The notes beneath the pieces are model-generated. The model did no database searches. It was not told where the DNA came from and saw only the letters and a program-made list of their open reading frames with translations. This document shows, piece after piece, positions 8,666 through 19,510 of a stretch of DNA of 64,000 bases. The stretch covers positions 7,323-71,322 of the forward strand of contig JACMRA010000002.1 of assembly GCA_014376695.1 (NCBI GenBank), in the 5' to 3' direction. Both the position numbers and the translations under genes were made by a program. Position 1 is the first letter of the stretch, and the number at the start of each line of letters is the position of its first letter. The DNA is from Minisyncoccota bacterium (GTDB taxonomy: Bacteria > Patescibacteriota > JACMRA01).

Positions 8666-9954
8666 ATTGGTAGTCTCTTGACGATGGCTTTTGTATTTGG
8701 TTGTAGGAGATAATAATTAGGAAAGCCAGATTTTCGGCGATCATATTCTTTTTGGTTACTGCTTTTGACCTTGGCAATCTCGCCTTCAAATAATGCATTT
8801 TGAACCTCAATATCTTTGAACAGCCTGTCCATCTGAACTCGTCGCCCGATAAATTCATCATAATCTAGGTCAAATTGCTCTTGCCAGACTGTCATTAATA
8901 CCGATCCTTTAGCAAGGCGTCCGTTGGTACCGAGAGTTGGTTTATTGTTGCATTCTTGAATTGACTTGGCTATTGAGGTTGACAATTTAGAATTGCTCGG
9001 TATATCTAAGCTAGTGAAGTATTTAATGGTCTCGGTCTTTTTTGGTTCGAGGCTTGCGCAAAATTGGTTAATTGTTTCGACATTAAAACCTTTGTTGACT
9101 AAGGCTTGGCAGCTTTGGATGTAGTTATTTCTGTATTGAATTAGGGAAGGAATATAAGAAACAGATTCAAGGTTTTGTTTTAGGATTTTTAGGGAATCCT
9201 CGTATGAAAGCACAATGTTATTCAAATTATTATCAAAATATTTATAAGTTAGGATATTAGATTCGTTGGTTATTTGCGAGTAATTGCCATTTACAACAAG
9301 CTTTTTGCTCAAGTAGTCGTCCATCGAAGATTGTTGCGAGCTGTCATCGGTAATAATAGGCTGCATGCTGCAGCTACTGGCAACATTTGTGTTAATGTAT
9401 TTGTCCAAACTCTGGGTATAAGTGAGTAGGTTTGTCACTGTATTGCTGTGGTCAATTTTAATTTTATTGATTTGATTTTGATTTGATAAATGTATAATCT
9501 CTAGCCCAGCTGGCTGAATTGATATCAGATACCATCCTAATCCGCTTATAACTAGGCCAAAAGCTAGTATCCAAACGAATCTATTTTTCCAAGATTTTTT
9601 TCGCAGAACTGGAGCGGGGGGTAGGATCTCGGCTTTATCTTTTTTGGAACGGCCGAAACTGAACCAAGAATTTTTAGCTTTTTCAAGGTCTTGATTTTCG
9701 GATTTTGAGGAAGTTTGGCTTGAATTTGAGTAAAAATTATCATCTGGATTCTTTTCTGAACTCGGTGATTGATAATTATTGTAAATGGCTTGAATTTTGG
9801 CAAAGTCATTATCGTCAGTAGGCCGGTTGGGTTGCTCGCTCATAAAATTGTTAACGATATTGGCAGCCTGATGTTTGTTTTGGTCGTTTTTGGATATGTC
9901 GTTAGAGCTCTTGTTGTAGTCGTCTAGTAAAGGATTCGGTTTATAATTAGACAT
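8662..9954 (-). CDS. Hypothetical single-pass membrane protein
   Basis: 430-aa ORF. The N-terminal region is low-complexity and polar, followed by one TM (FVWILAFGLVISGLGWYLISI). No recognisable family. Confidence 0.45.
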   Translation of the reverse strand: MSNYKPNPLLDDYNKSSNDISKNDQNKHQAANIVNNFMSEQPNRPTDDNDFAKIQAIYNNYQSPSSEKNPDDNFYSNSSQTSSKSENQDLEKAKNSWFSFGRSKKDKAEILPPAPVLRKKSWKNRFVWILAFGLVISGLGWYLISIQPAGLEIIHLSNQNQINKIKIDHSNTVTNLLTYTQSLDKYINTNVASSCSMQPIITDDSSQQSSMDDYLSKKLVVNGNYSQITNESNILTYKYFDNNLNNIVLSYEDSLKILKQNLESVSYIPSLIQYRNNYIQSCQALVNKGFNVETINQFCASLEPKKTETIKYFTSLDIPSNSKLSTSIAKSIQECNNKPTLGTNGRLAKGSVLMTVWQEQFDLDYDEFIGRRVQMDRLFKDIEVQNALFEGEIAKVKSSNQKEYDRRKSGFPNYYLLQPNTKAIVKRLPI

Positions 9955-10032
9955 ATTTTGTGTTGGCTAATAGTTCTATTATACTGTTAACTAAGTTTTG
10001 CATAATATCCAGTATTTCGTCAAATTAAGAAT

Positions 10033-12348
10033 TTATCTATCTCTCGGGACTTTGAGATAATCTAGAGAAAAACTCATCATTTCTTTGAATCCAGGCATAA
10101 GCGTTGTGTCCGCAAAGTTGGTAACGACACCTGGACGGGGTTCAGAGATTTTTATAACTATCATTACTTCAGCGTTGGTGGTAGGGCCGTAACCGATTAA
10201 TGTATGGTCGAATAAGCCTTTTTCGGTGTTGCAGGTGTAATCGCAGGGTTTATCGTCGTGTTGCCTCGTGATTTGAGCGGTACCAGTTTTGGCCGCGACG
10301 CTGTATCCAGGAATGCTATTACGGCCGACTTGCTGACCTAAATACCCTTCGTCAATTACAGCTTGCATATATCCTGTAGTTAGTTTTGCACTTTTTTCGG
10401 TAAATATGGATTTTGGTTCTGGTCGATTTAGAATTGAGTCACTCCCGTGGCCATCGTCAATTTTGCCATTTTGATCTACTATCTTTTCGACGAGAAACGG
10501 CTCTACCATCTGACCTTTGTTCGCTAAGGCTGTGTAGGCCCGAGCAAGTTGAATGGTACTAATAGCAATCCCTTGACCAAACCCGTGCTGAGCAAAGCAA
10601 TATTGACAGTCCATATTCTTTTCGAGGCTACTTAAATTACCATTACCGCCCCCTGCAAAGGTGGCCTCAGTTGGCTTGTTAAACTCGAACTTGTTGACAA
10701 AATAGTCTCGGAGCTTGACATTGCCCAAGCTGTCTGTAATATCAGATATCATAGTATTAATAGAATCTCTAATTGTGAGCTTGAGGTCGTTTTGCCTGCC
10801 TGAATAAGAAATATTTTGGGAATTACTAATTCGTAGCTCCGCACCGTTTAATTCTTTGTAAATTTTGCCATTTTTATCATAATCGGCTTTTTTCCAGTCT
10901 TCTGGTACTCCGATACGCTGGCCTTGGCTCCCTGTGGTACCTTTTTCATATTCGGTTAGTGCAGCGGCCACCGTAAGCGGTTTCATAACAGACCCGACTT
11001 CATAATCTTCGCTAGTTGCGACATTTCGATAGGTGGATACCTCGCCTTGACCGTATAAATTTGGATCGAAGCTTGGAGCTGAGGCAAGGGCTAAGATTTT
11101 TCCGGTCTTGGGGTTCATTACTACCATAGAGGCGTTGCGAGGTTTGCCGTTGGCGTTGGTATTTTCTTTTATGGCTTTTGCTAGTATTTCCTCGGCTTTT
11201 TGTTGCATTGTCATATCTAGAGTTAGGTAGATATCGGAGCCATTTTGGGCTGGGAGAGAATCTTCGTTATTGAGCTTGTTGCCAAGAATAACCGTACGCC
11301 CGTTTCGCCCGGCCAGTGTTGAGCAGTATTTTTGCTCCAGCCCGTAATAGCCAATAGCATAATCGAGGCTTGAGGCGCCGCTTCGGTCGTTATCTTCGAT
11401 CATTTGCCTGCACTCAGTTTTGACGCCCTCTTGGCGGCTAACATTGTATTTGGGGATGTAACCAAGAGTTGCACCGAGTAGGTCGCCATAGGGATAGGAA
11501 CGAGTTATATTTTCGCGAACTCCGAGCCATGTAAAATATGCCATTTTGTTGTCGCTTTGATCTATGAGATAGTTTGCCACTTTTTTTTGAAATTCAGTAA
11601 TACCTTTGACCAAAATTACGTACCGCGATGGGTTTTCTTTTGTGGTTTCTAGATTGATTAAGTCCAACACGGTATTATATGGAAGGTTGAGATTGCCGGC
11701 CAGCCCCGAGGCCAAATCTTCAGTTTTGAGTTTATTTTTGTTAATTATAGACTTGAGAGCTAGAGGGTCGATTGAGAGATTGGCTGTATTTTGAGTGCTA
11801 GTTAACGAAATCTTTGGCTGGTTTCTAGCGAAATCTTGAATGTATATTTGGCCTTTTTTTTGATTTTCGATAATGCTTCGCCTGACAACCCCGCTTCCAG
11901 CGTCAATTGTATTATTGGCAGACACATAATAATTAAAAATTTGGAGATTGGCCAAATGCAATATAAGTAATCCAAAGATCACAAAAGTCCCAAATTTAAC
12001 TACGTTTATTCGGCCCCTTGTAGCTATCCACGCGTAAATTGCCGACACCAATATAGAAATTTGCATCTTGAGGCTCTTGCCAAAAATGGAGAATATTCCG
12101 CTTGGAGCCGTCTTTTTGGTAGTTGTCCTAGTTTTTGCTTGCTTGCTTTTTGGTTTTTCAAATTCCCGATAAATTGACTTAGTGCTAGGTGAGGTAAAGT
12201 TACTATTTTTGGTACTTTTTGTTGGTCGGGTATTAGAATCAGTTAATTGAGCAAAGCTTTCGTGAATTTTTGTGGTCAATTGTTTCAAATTAGACTGTTC
12301 ACGGGATATAGTTTTTAGGTTATTTATGTTTAATTTTATTTTTGCCAT
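10033..12348 (-). CDS. Class B penicillin-binding protein (PBP2/FtsI-type transpeptidase)
   Basis: N-terminal TM, SxxK (GSVMKP), SxN (SQN) and KTG (AAKTGTAQ) transpeptidase motifs in the canonical order. Confidence 0.85.
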   Translation of the reverse strand: MAKIKLNINNLKTISREQSNLKQLTTKIHESFAQLTDSNTRPTKSTKNSNFTSPSTKSIYREFEKPKSKQAKTRTTTKKTAPSGIFSIFGKSLKMQISILVSAIYAWIATRGRINVVKFGTFVIFGLLILHLANLQIFNYYVSANNTIDAGSGVVRRSIIENQKKGQIYIQDFARNQPKISLTSTQNTANLSIDPLALKSIINKNKLKTEDLASGLAGNLNLPYNTVLDLINLETTKENPSRYVILVKGITEFQKKVANYLIDQSDNKMAYFTWLGVRENITRSYPYGDLLGATLGYIPKYNVSRQEGVKTECRQMIEDNDRSGASSLDYAIGYYGLEQKYCSTLAGRNGRTVILGNKLNNEDSLPAQNGSDIYLTLDMTMQQKAEEILAKAIKENTNANGKPRNASMVVMNPKTGKILALASAPSFDPNLYGQGEVSTYRNVATSEDYEVGSVMKPLTVAAALTEYEKGTTGSQGQRIGVPEDWKKADYDKNGKIYKELNGAELRISNSQNISYSGRQNDLKLTIRDSINTMISDITDSLGNVKLRDYFVNKFEFNKPTEATFAGGGNGNLSSLEKNMDCQYCFAQHGFGQGIAISTIQLARAYTALANKGQMVEPFLVEKIVDQNGKIDDGHGSDSILNRPEPKSIFTEKSAKLTTGYMQAVIDEGYLGQQVGRNSIPGYSVAAKTGTAQITRQHDDKPCDYTCNTEKGLFDHTLIGYGPTTNAEVMIVIKISEPRPGVVTNFADTTLMPGFKEMMSFSLDYLKVPRDR

Positions 12349-12363
12349 CGCGGACTTGATTTT

Positions 12364-14550
12364 TTATTTGTCTTTGAATCTATAAAAATATTCGTCTTTT
12401 TTGTCCAGTCGGCAATCAATTATTGCGTATTTACGCCCAAGATATTGCATAAATGTAGACTTTTTGAGAAGTTTTTCTGGCCACTCAACGAAGGCAATAT
12501 TATCAACATTGGTTAACTCTTCTTCAATCCAGCTAAGGTCGTTATCTTCAATTGGGTTAAGCCGGTGTAAATCTAGATGGGTGATTTCTTGATAATTTTG
12601 GCTACTTGCCATTCCAGCTGCTTTGAGCGGGTATTTTTGCATCAGGGCAAAAGTTGGCGAGCTGGCCTCTATTTCAGTACCCAGAATTTTACATAGTTCG
12701 GTTACCAAATGAGTTTTTCCGCTTCCCATTTCGCCTCGAAGGAAGAAGAGGGAGATTTCTTTATTGGTGATTAAGGTGCTTGCTATGTCGAGAAGCTTGT
12801 CGAGATAAATCTTTTTATTCATCGGGACAGATAAGGTTTTTGGCTTATCTTTTTTGCCGCCGCCGCCCATAAAGCTTTGGGGTTGCACACCTTCGAGGAA
12901 ATCAACTAATTTGTAGCTGTCGGGATGCTGGCGGACTTTATTTAGGGCTGCTTCCTCAATTTGTCGTACACGTTCTCGAGTTACGTGAAACACATAGCCA
13001 ATTTCTTCAAGCGTGTGTCCGATATTAGTACCGTCGAGCCCAAATCTTAAGAGGACAACTTTTTTCTCCCTTGGTTCTAAGCAGTCTTCAATAATCTTCA
13101 TAATGTGGTGATGGAGAAGTTTATTGGATGCTTCGTCAATAGGTTGAATTGTTGATTCGTCCTGAATCATATCTACCATTTGAGTGTCAGTTTCGTCGCT
13201 AAAACCGACCATAGTATCAATCGAGATAGTGTCTTGGCTAATTCGTTTGAAGTAATAAATTGTATCTACATCGACTTCTAGGCGTTCGGCCATTTCATCG
13301 TCAGTTGGATCTCGGCCTAATTCATCGACCAGCATTTTTCTCTCTTTTCTAAATTTGTTTAGTTTTTCTTCAACGTGAACAGGTAGTCTAACGGGCTTAC
13401 TTTGGTCAGCCAAGGCACGTTTTATGCTTTGATCTATCCAGTAGTTGGCATAAGTACTAAATTTATATCCACGTCGCCAATCAAATTTTTCTACGGCACG
13501 GAGTAATCCCATATTCCCTTCTTGAATCAAGTCCAAAAAGGCTAGGTTTCGTCCCATATATCGCTTTGCTAAGTGGACAACCAATCGCAGATTAGCGTTA
13601 TTTAACTCTCGTTTGGCAGCTTGGTCGCCTTGCTCGATGCGTTTAGCTAACTCAACTTCCTGATCTTTGGTCAAGAGCGGATATCGATAAATATCTCGAA
13701 TGTAGTTCTGGGCAGCGTCGTCAGATAATTCACTAGAATCGAAGTCAAATCCGTTATTGTCAGTGAGTTTTTCGGCCAGCTCTATTTCGAGTGAGGAGTT
13801 CCCAGCCTCGTCATTGATACTGTTCCAAAGGTTGTCTAAAGTGTTGACATAATTAATTGGCGATCCGGAGTCCTCACATAAATCGATAATATCTTCGACC
13901 AGTTCAATGTTATTTTCTGGAAAAGGAATAGCGTAAAGCACCTCGTCTTCGGTAACGAAACCTCGAGAAATCCCCTGTTTGATCATATCAACAATTTTTT
14001 GCTGAAAATTCAAATCTTCCATCTGGAAGTCAGGATAGAGGGAAGCATCGTTATTAATGAATTTTTTTAGGGTTTTGTTTTTGTTTTTACTTTCTCTAAT
14101 TTTGGCCTTTTTTTTCATTTTGACTTTAACTCCGTCATCTCTAGTTAAATATCGGCGACTGCCTTTTTCCTCGATGTTTTCGTTATCGAGGGCTTTTAGC
14201 CTATTCATCTCAGCTGCCGAAACCAGGTTAAGTCCAAGAATACCTTTGCGAGTAACTATTTCTTCTGAGTTGGTATTTTTTTTGTTGTCGAGATCCAAAA
14301 AATCATCCCCTTTACCTTTTCCGCCGTCTTTTTTGCCAAGCTTTAGTTTATCACCAGAATCCGAGTCCTCTTTTTTTGGAGGCTTAGTGTTCATAATCTT
14401 AGTGATTTTTGGGGCGCGGACTTTTGCGGTTTTAGCAGATCCTATCGTCAATCTTTTACGGTCCGATGACGATCGTTTTTGGATTTGAGCACCTTCTTCT
14501 ACTTCTCCAATATTGTGTTTGAGTGTTTCTGCGATGGTCTTCCTTGGCAT
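12364..14550 (-). CDS. rpoD: RNA polymerase sigma-70 factor RpoD fused in frame to tRNA t6A ATPase TsaE (YjeE)
   Basis: Sigma regions 1.2-4.2 are present ([86 protein letters not shown]). [11 protein letters not shown] linker follows. The last 152 aa are TsaE-like ([37 protein letters not shown]). There is no stop between the two parts. Confidence 0.85.
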   Translation of the reverse strand: MPRKTIAETLKHNIGEVEEGAQIQKRSSSDRKRLTIGSAKTAKVRAPKITKIMNTKPPKKEDSDSGDKLKLGKKDGGKGKGDDFLDLDNKKNTNSEEIVTRKGILGLNLVSAAEMNRLKALDNENIEEKGSRRYLTRDDGVKVKMKKKAKIRESKNKNKTLKKFINNDASLYPDFQMEDLNFQQKIVDMIKQGISRGFVTEDEVLYAIPFPENNIELVEDIIDLCEDSGSPINYVNTLDNLWNSINDEAGNSSLEIELAEKLTDNNGFDFDSSELSDDAAQNYIRDIYRYPLLTKDQEVELAKRIEQGDQAAKRELNNANLRLVVHLAKRYMGRNLAFLDLIQEGNMGLLRAVEKFDWRRGYKFSTYANYWIDQSIKRALADQSKPVRLPVHVEEKLNKFRKERKMLVDELGRDPTDDEMAERLEVDVDTIYYFKRISQDTISIDTMVGFSDETDTQMVDMIQDESTIQPIDEASNKLLHHHIMKIIEDCLEPREKKVVLLRFGLDGTNIGHTLEEIGYVFHVTRERVRQIEEAALNKVRQHPDSYKLVDFLEGVQPQSFMGGGGKKDKPKTLSVPMNKKIYLDKLLDIASTLITNKEISLFFLRGEMGSGKTHLVTELCKILGTEIEASSPTFALMQKYPLKAAGMASSQNYQEITHLDLHRLNPIEDNDLSWIEEELTNVDNIAFVEWPEKLLKKSTFMQYLGRKYAIIDCRLDKKDEYFYRFKDK

Positions 14551-14889
14551 ATTTGGTAGTTAAAATAATTATAAAAATTTGTAAAAATATGTTACTATAT
14601 TAAAAAACTTAATTGAAATAACTAAAAATTATAATTTATTTATGGAGTTTCTTGATTTTATTTGTTTCGACTTGAAGGTTGAGACTTATTTGACTAAAAT
14701 TGTATTGCCCGATAGATTATGATATAATATGATTGTATTCTAATAATATCGAGAGTATATAACAATTAATAGTTTTGTACTATTTTTTAAAACAGATAGC
14801 CCAGAATTAGCTTTTGCAATGTATCAAATCAAATAAAAAAGTATTAATCAAAAAACGTCAAGCCAAATTAATTTTTAAAAAACAATTTT

Positions 14890-15636
14890 ATGCTGATAAT
14901 CGTCGAGTCTCCCGCAAAAGCCAAAACAATATCTCAAATTCTCTCAGGTTTCAAAGAGTTTCAGGGGTCCTATGTACGCGCCTCTAAAGGACATATTAGA
15001 GTAATCAGCGATACAAATAAAACCGTTGACGGCAAAAAACTCGAAATTAGCGGAATAGATATTGATAATAATTTTAACCCGATATATGACATTGACGAGT
15101 CTAAAAGAGATGTCATTTTAGAACTAAAAAAATTAGCCAAAAATTCTGACGTTATCTTGTTTGCAACCGATGAAGATCGAGAAGGTGAAGCTATTAGCTG
15201 GCATTTGTCAGAAATTCTAGGTATTAAAGATAAGTCGCAAGTCAAGAGGATGGTATTTCACGAAATTACCAAAAACGCCATTCTCAAAGCCATTAAGGAA
15301 CCACGAGACTTAGATCTAAATTTGGTTGCGGCCCAAAAAGCTCGACAAGTCCTCGATAAGTTAGTCGGGTACAAATTGTCGCCAATACTTTGGAAAACCC
15401 TCGGCAATTACAGTCTTAGTGCAGGCCGGGTTCAATCACCAGCGCTTCGGCTGATCTGTGGACGCGAAGGAGAGATTAATATATTTGTACCTCAAGAATA
15501 TTGGGAAATACGCGGGAAATTTGTCCCCTTTAGTTCTGGGATCAGTATTAATAAGCCGAACAGCCAGAGAACTACGTCGACAGACTTTGAAAAGCTGATT
15601 CAGGCTTTTGACAGCCAGCGGCTACTCCCAGTATAG
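14890..15636 (+). CDS. topA: DNA topoisomerase I, N-terminal TOPRIM fragment only (truncated)
   Basis: MLIIVESPAKAKTISQIL, FATDEDREGEAISWHL and SAGRVQSPALRLICGREGEINIFVPQEYWEI match TopA residues about 1-210. The ORF stops at 248 aa, before the catalytic Tyr domain. A convergent gene overlaps its 3' end. Confidence 0.8.
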   Translation: MLIIVESPAKAKTISQILSGFKEFQGSYVRASKGHIRVISDTNKTVDGKKLEISGIDIDNNFNPIYDIDESKRDVILELKKLAKNSDVILFATDEDREGEAISWHLSEILGIKDKSQVKRMVFHEITKNAILKAIKEPRDLDLNLVAAQKARQVLDKLVGYKLSPILWKTLGNYSLSAGRVQSPALRLICGREGEINIFVPQEYWEIRGKFVPFSSGISINKPNSQRTTSTDFEKLIQAFDSQRLLPV

Positions 15637-16362
15637 TCCACCAATCTCGCTGATTATTTTGTCTAATTCTTTTAATTGTTCAGGGTTTTTACTGCTGGCA
15701 GTTACCCGAAACCATCCCTGTCCTTCAGGAGAGTTAATACCGGCGTTTGGTTGGAGTTTGGTTTTTGTAAGTGCGGTATAAAGTTCTGCGCCGCAGGAAT
15801 CAGCTTGGGCGTAATCTTGCTTCTCGCCTGGACTTGATTTGCTTAGATCTGCTGACTTGATAATATCATTGTACTTTTGGCTGTCTTTGAGATGGATACT
15901 TGAGCTTGGAAAGTAGATATAATCAGTTCGCCCAATTGGAAGAACGCGAGTAACTTTGTCGCTAACTTTGACGGTATTGGTATTGCAGGTGATATTGGTT
16001 AATCCGCTGACACTAGGAACTTCAAGCGTAATAACGGCCTTAGTTTCGGCTTTTGATAATGAAAATTGTTTAGTTGAAATACTTCCCACTTGCCAATCAG
16101 TTGGATAAGCTAACTGAAAGTTAGGAAAATCGCCGTAGCTATAAGTGGTTTTTTTAATCTCGGACTTAACGCTATTTTGGTTAGTAGCGCTACTTGGAGT
16201 CATATTGGTTTTTTTGGATATGTTCTTGATTAGCTCTGGGTTAAGACTTATAAAGGCGATACTAATGACTAAGATTAATATTAATCCGACAATTGGAATA
16301 ATCAGTTTTTTGAGTTTTTTGTTAAATGTTAGTTCGGATGTCTTTTTGTTTGGTTGAGTCAT
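15622..16362 (-). CDS. Hypothetical membrane-anchored extracytoplasmic protein
   Basis: 246-aa ORF with one N-terminal TM (LIIPIVGLILILVISIAFISL). No family recognised. Confidence 0.45.
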   Translation of the reverse strand: MTQPNKKTSELTFNKKLKKLIIPIVGLILILVISIAFISLNPELIKNISKKTNMTPSSATNQNSVKSEIKKTTYSYGDFPNFQLAYPTDWQVGSISTKQFSLSKAETKAVITLEVPSVSGLTNITCNTNTVKVSDKVTRVLPIGRTDYIYFPSSSIHLKDSQKYNDIIKSADLSKSSPGEKQDYAQADSCGAELYTALTKTKLQPNAGINSPEGQGWFRVTASSKNPEQLKELDKIISEIGGLYWE

Positions 16363-16460
16363 AGCTTGTTTTAATCACGATTTATTTGCTAGTTTTTATT
16401 GTTATGATTTTTATATTTATATATGTTATTTTTTTAGTCAAGAAATTTTTTGAATTAATT

Positions 16461-17384
16461 TTATTTTTGGAATAGCGAGGCTTCAAGATTACTGGCATCT
16501 CCTGTTTTGTTATTGAATGAGGCCATGGTTATCGCAAGCCTTGCTCGAACGGCCGTCATAGATTGTTTGATCTGCGTACCGAACTGCCCTTGCAGTTTTT
16601 TTAACATCTGGGTAATGGGATTTGGCTGAGTCGGATCCTCGGTCAAGGTCAATGGGTATCTACCGTCGCTTTGAGTAATCTCCAATTTGTCTAAATCAGG
16701 GATATTAGCATTAATTTCGGGTTTGAGTTGAATTTGGTCGACTAATTTGGGTAATGGAGTTGACACACTGGCCACCGCGGTGATTGGAACAAACTTGGGT
16801 TCAAAAATTTCGAATGGTGGGACAAAAAACTCGCTACTGTCTTCGAGTTGAGGAATAGATATATCGGGTAGGGCTTGGCTAATTCGCTGATTTAGACCGC
16901 TTTGAAAAATATCATCTTGGTTGATTGGAGGTAGGAAGCTTGGAAACTCTTCGACTGGGGAGTCGTCAGAATCATCGACATTTAATGTAGGGGCTGAAAC
17001 TATGGGGAGCGGAACTTGGTCTTGGAACTCAGGAGGCGGGGATAAATTTGGAGATGCGATTTGTGGGGGATTTTTTTTGGCAGTGGCTTCAAGGAATAAG
17101 CTCTCCCAATCAACCTGGTCTTCTACGGGTGCCTCAATTGGGCTAGGGGGAACTGGCGTGGCGGTCGAAACGGGACTTGGTTGAGTGGTATTGCCAAAAA
17201 AGTCATCCTCAGGTAAAGCCTCGAGGCTTGTAAATGGCTGTAATATCGGCTCAATGGGAAGGAGGGGCTTTTGAGCAGAAGAAACTCGAAGAGCTTTTAA
17301 ACGAGCCATCGCAGGGCTAACGGTTGGAAGTGAAGCATCTTGATCAACTTGATCATCCGATAGGGTTGAATTAGGATTGGACAC
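16461..17384 (-). CDS. Hypothetical Pro/Asp/Glu-rich, probably disordered protein (GTG start)
   Basis: 307-aa ORF rich in P, D, E and Q. It opens on GTG, and an ATG alternative lies 25 codons in. No family recognised. Confidence 0.4.
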   Translation of the reverse strand: MSNPNSTLSDDQVDQDASLPTVSPAMARLKALRVSSAQKPLLPIEPILQPFTSLEALPEDDFFGNTTQPSPVSTATPVPPSPIEAPVEDQVDWESLFLEATAKKNPPQIASPNLSPPPEFQDQVPLPIVSAPTLNVDDSDDSPVEEFPSFLPPINQDDIFQSGLNQRISQALPDISIPQLEDSSEFFVPPFEIFEPKFVPITAVASVSTPLPKLVDQIQLKPEINANIPDLDKLEITQSDGRYPLTLTEDPTQPNPITQMLKKLQGQFGTQIKQSMTAVRARLAITMASFNNKTGDASNLEASLFQK

Positions 17385-17559
17385 TGGTTAAATTGTGCTA
17401 AATTTCTGATATAAATCAATATAATTATCCATATTATATATAAGCAATAAGTTATTGTCAACCAAAAATCAATGGCTAATGTTGACAAAAATCCAGCGAC
17501 TAATAAGTATAAGAGTATTAATCAATAAAACAAATCACAGATTTTTAAGCAAAATAAAT

Positions 17560-18489
17560 ATGACAAACAAAATTACAGACAATAATCAATTACCCAAAAA
17601 TCCTAAGAATCCATCATTAAATCCAGTTAGCGCTAACAGCGAATTTGATTTTAGCTTTGACGTGACCAAAATTAGCCTACTTGCCGTTTCTCTCTTAGCA
17701 ATTCTGGGTATATTTTTGTTTGGGTTTAGCGGCGTACCGGCAATTCTTGATAACACTTCTGACTCTCAGCTTGCACGTAGTCAATCAACGGCAAGTGTCA
17801 AGGCAACGGCGGACAAGAAAAAAGCAGATGAATTGATTAAGCAAGAAAGCAGTAAACTGACCTTCGTTGATAAAAAAGCTATGATGAAAATTGCTAATTA
17901 TGGCGACCTGGAGATTAAACTTCTGGACAAAATTGCCCCAAAGAGCGTCGAAAACTTTATCCGATTAACAAATCGTAAATTCTACGACAATAAAATTGTC
18001 CATAGGATAGTTAAGCAACCAACATTTACTGTCCTACAAGGCGGTCAGGCAGTTGGCCAAGATCCCAAAACCTCGGCGGATGGAACCACGGTTATGGATG
18101 AATTATGGGAGGTAGCGCCAGATCAAGTCCAGGATCAACAAACAGGTACTTTTACCGTCAAGAATACTCCTAAATTCAAATCAACAGAATATTACAAAGA
18201 TTACATTGCTGAAAAAGGATTGGTAACTTATCCAAAAGGAACGATCTTAATGGCAAAAACCAAAGAAGCCAACTCCGCAACTACTGAATTTTTTATCTCG
18301 CTTGCTGACACAACTCTGCCGGCTCAATATACCGTTTTTGGGATAGTTAACCCAAGTAATTTTGGGGTATTAGACAAGATTAATGCTGAAGTTGGAGTTG
18401 AGGCTACTGTTACCAGTCAAGGTCAAGCTGATCCAACTGACGGAAAGCCTAATAAAGAGATTAAGTTTACATCGGTAACTATCGAATAG
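17560..18489 (+). CDS. Membrane-anchored cyclophilin-type peptidyl-prolyl cis-trans isomerase
   Basis: First ATG in ORF 17455..18489. One TM (ISLLAVSLLAILGIFLFGF), then the cyclophilin core (GDLEIKLLDKIAPKSVENFIRLTNRKFYDNKIVHRIV, GTILMAKT, EFFISL, TVFG). Confidence 0.8.
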   Translation: MTNKITDNNQLPKNPKNPSLNPVSANSEFDFSFDVTKISLLAVSLLAILGIFLFGFSGVPAILDNTSDSQLARSQSTASVKATADKKKADELIKQESSKLTFVDKKAMMKIANYGDLEIKLLDKIAPKSVENFIRLTNRKFYDNKIVHRIVKQPTFTVLQGGQAVGQDPKTSADGTTVMDELWEVAPDQVQDQQTGTFTVKNTPKFKSTEYYKDYIAEKGLVTYPKGTILMAKTKEANSATTEFFISLADTTLPAQYTVFGIVNPSNFGVLDKINAEVGVEATVTSQGQADPTDGKPNKEIKFTSVTIE

Positions 18490-18573
18490 TTCGCGAGCCT
18501 CTTGACAATTTGCAATGATTTGGATTACTTTTTAGTCAATTAATCCTTATATTATATAACACCATCTTAACCT

Positions 18574-19185
18574 ATGTCAAAACCACAAAAACAACGAACA
18601 TTTGTAATGCTAAAGCCAGACGCAGTGCAACGCTCACTGATTGGAGAAATGATCAAGCGAATTGAGCGTACAGGCCTAAAACTAGTCGGTCTAAAATTGG
18701 CAGTTTGCGATGAAAAAAGGTTACTCGAGCATTATGCCAAAGACGACGCCTGGTATCTCAAAAAAGGACTTGGAATTGTCGATGGAATGAAAAGTCGAGG
18801 CGAAGAAATTACACGAGAACCTATCGAATACGGTAAAGACATTGTTCGGGCCTTAGTCAAGTTTATGATGGTTGGTCCAGTAGTTCAGATGGTTTGGGAA
18901 GGTAATGAGGCCATGGTCGTTGTCAAGAAGATTGCTGGGACAACTGAGCCATCCACAAGCGATGTAGGTACACTTCGGGGAGATTTCACTATCGATTCTT
19001 ATAATCTGGCCAATATGGATAATCGAGCAGCTCGAAATCTTATTCACATCACCGATCCAGCTGACGGGGCCGAAGAAGCTAATCGTGAAATTGCTATTTG
19101 GTTCCAAGAGTCCGAGTTGCTTAGCTATCGATTGCTAGTCGACGAAATGCTGTACGACGTAGATCTTAACTCAACGTTAGAATAG
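18574..19185 (+). CDS. ndk: Nucleoside diphosphate kinase (with internal insertion)
   Basis: QRTFVMLKPDAVQRSLIGEMIKRIERTGLKLVGLKL, GTLRGDF and NLIHITD (active-site His context). At 203 aa it is longer than typical Ndk. Confidence 0.85.
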   Translation: MSKPQKQRTFVMLKPDAVQRSLIGEMIKRIERTGLKLVGLKLAVCDEKRLLEHYAKDDAWYLKKGLGIVDGMKSRGEEITREPIEYGKDIVRALVKFMMVGPVVQMVWEGNEAMVVVKKIAGTTEPSTSDVGTLRGDFTIDSYNLANMDNRAARNLIHITDPADGAEEANREIAIWFQESELLSYRLLVDEMLYDVDLNSTLE

Positions 19186-19227
19186 TTAAAAATCCACAAT
19201 TACAAATCTAATCACAGCTCGCTTTAT

Positions 19228-19479
19228 ATGGTCAACAATTTTAGGAATAAAAACAAAAAAATTTGGTACTCTATAATCTTATTCGCGATACTTTCGGTTG
19301 TCGTAATCGGCCTTATAGTCTACAATAAACTAGGTGAAAACAGAAGCGTTAATCGAGTTAATATGGCTGGGGATTCAAGTCAGTCGATGACCAGTAGCCT
19401 CCCTAATTCGGCTAGCTCCCAAAGTTTCGGGGATAAACCTATGGATATTATGCCACCGGCATTAACCATCCCAAAATAA
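19228..19479 (+). CDS. Small single-pass membrane protein (hypothetical)
   Basis: 83 aa with TM IWYSIILFAILSVVVIGLIVY. No homology recognised. Confidence 0.35.
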   Translation: MVNNFRNKNKKIWYSIILFAILSVVVIGLIVYNKLGENRSVNRVNMAGDSSQSMTSSLPNSASSQSFGDKPMDIMPPALTIPK

Positions 19480-19510
19480 AATTATAAAATAACATTAACT
19501 TCTAATTATT

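Noticed and set aside
17455-17559. Longer start for the cyclophilin ORF, and ORF 17297..17488.
   Set aside because: The upstream part lies in an AT-rich promoter-like region containing a TTGACA box (17482-17487). The ATG at 17560 precedes the TM anchor.
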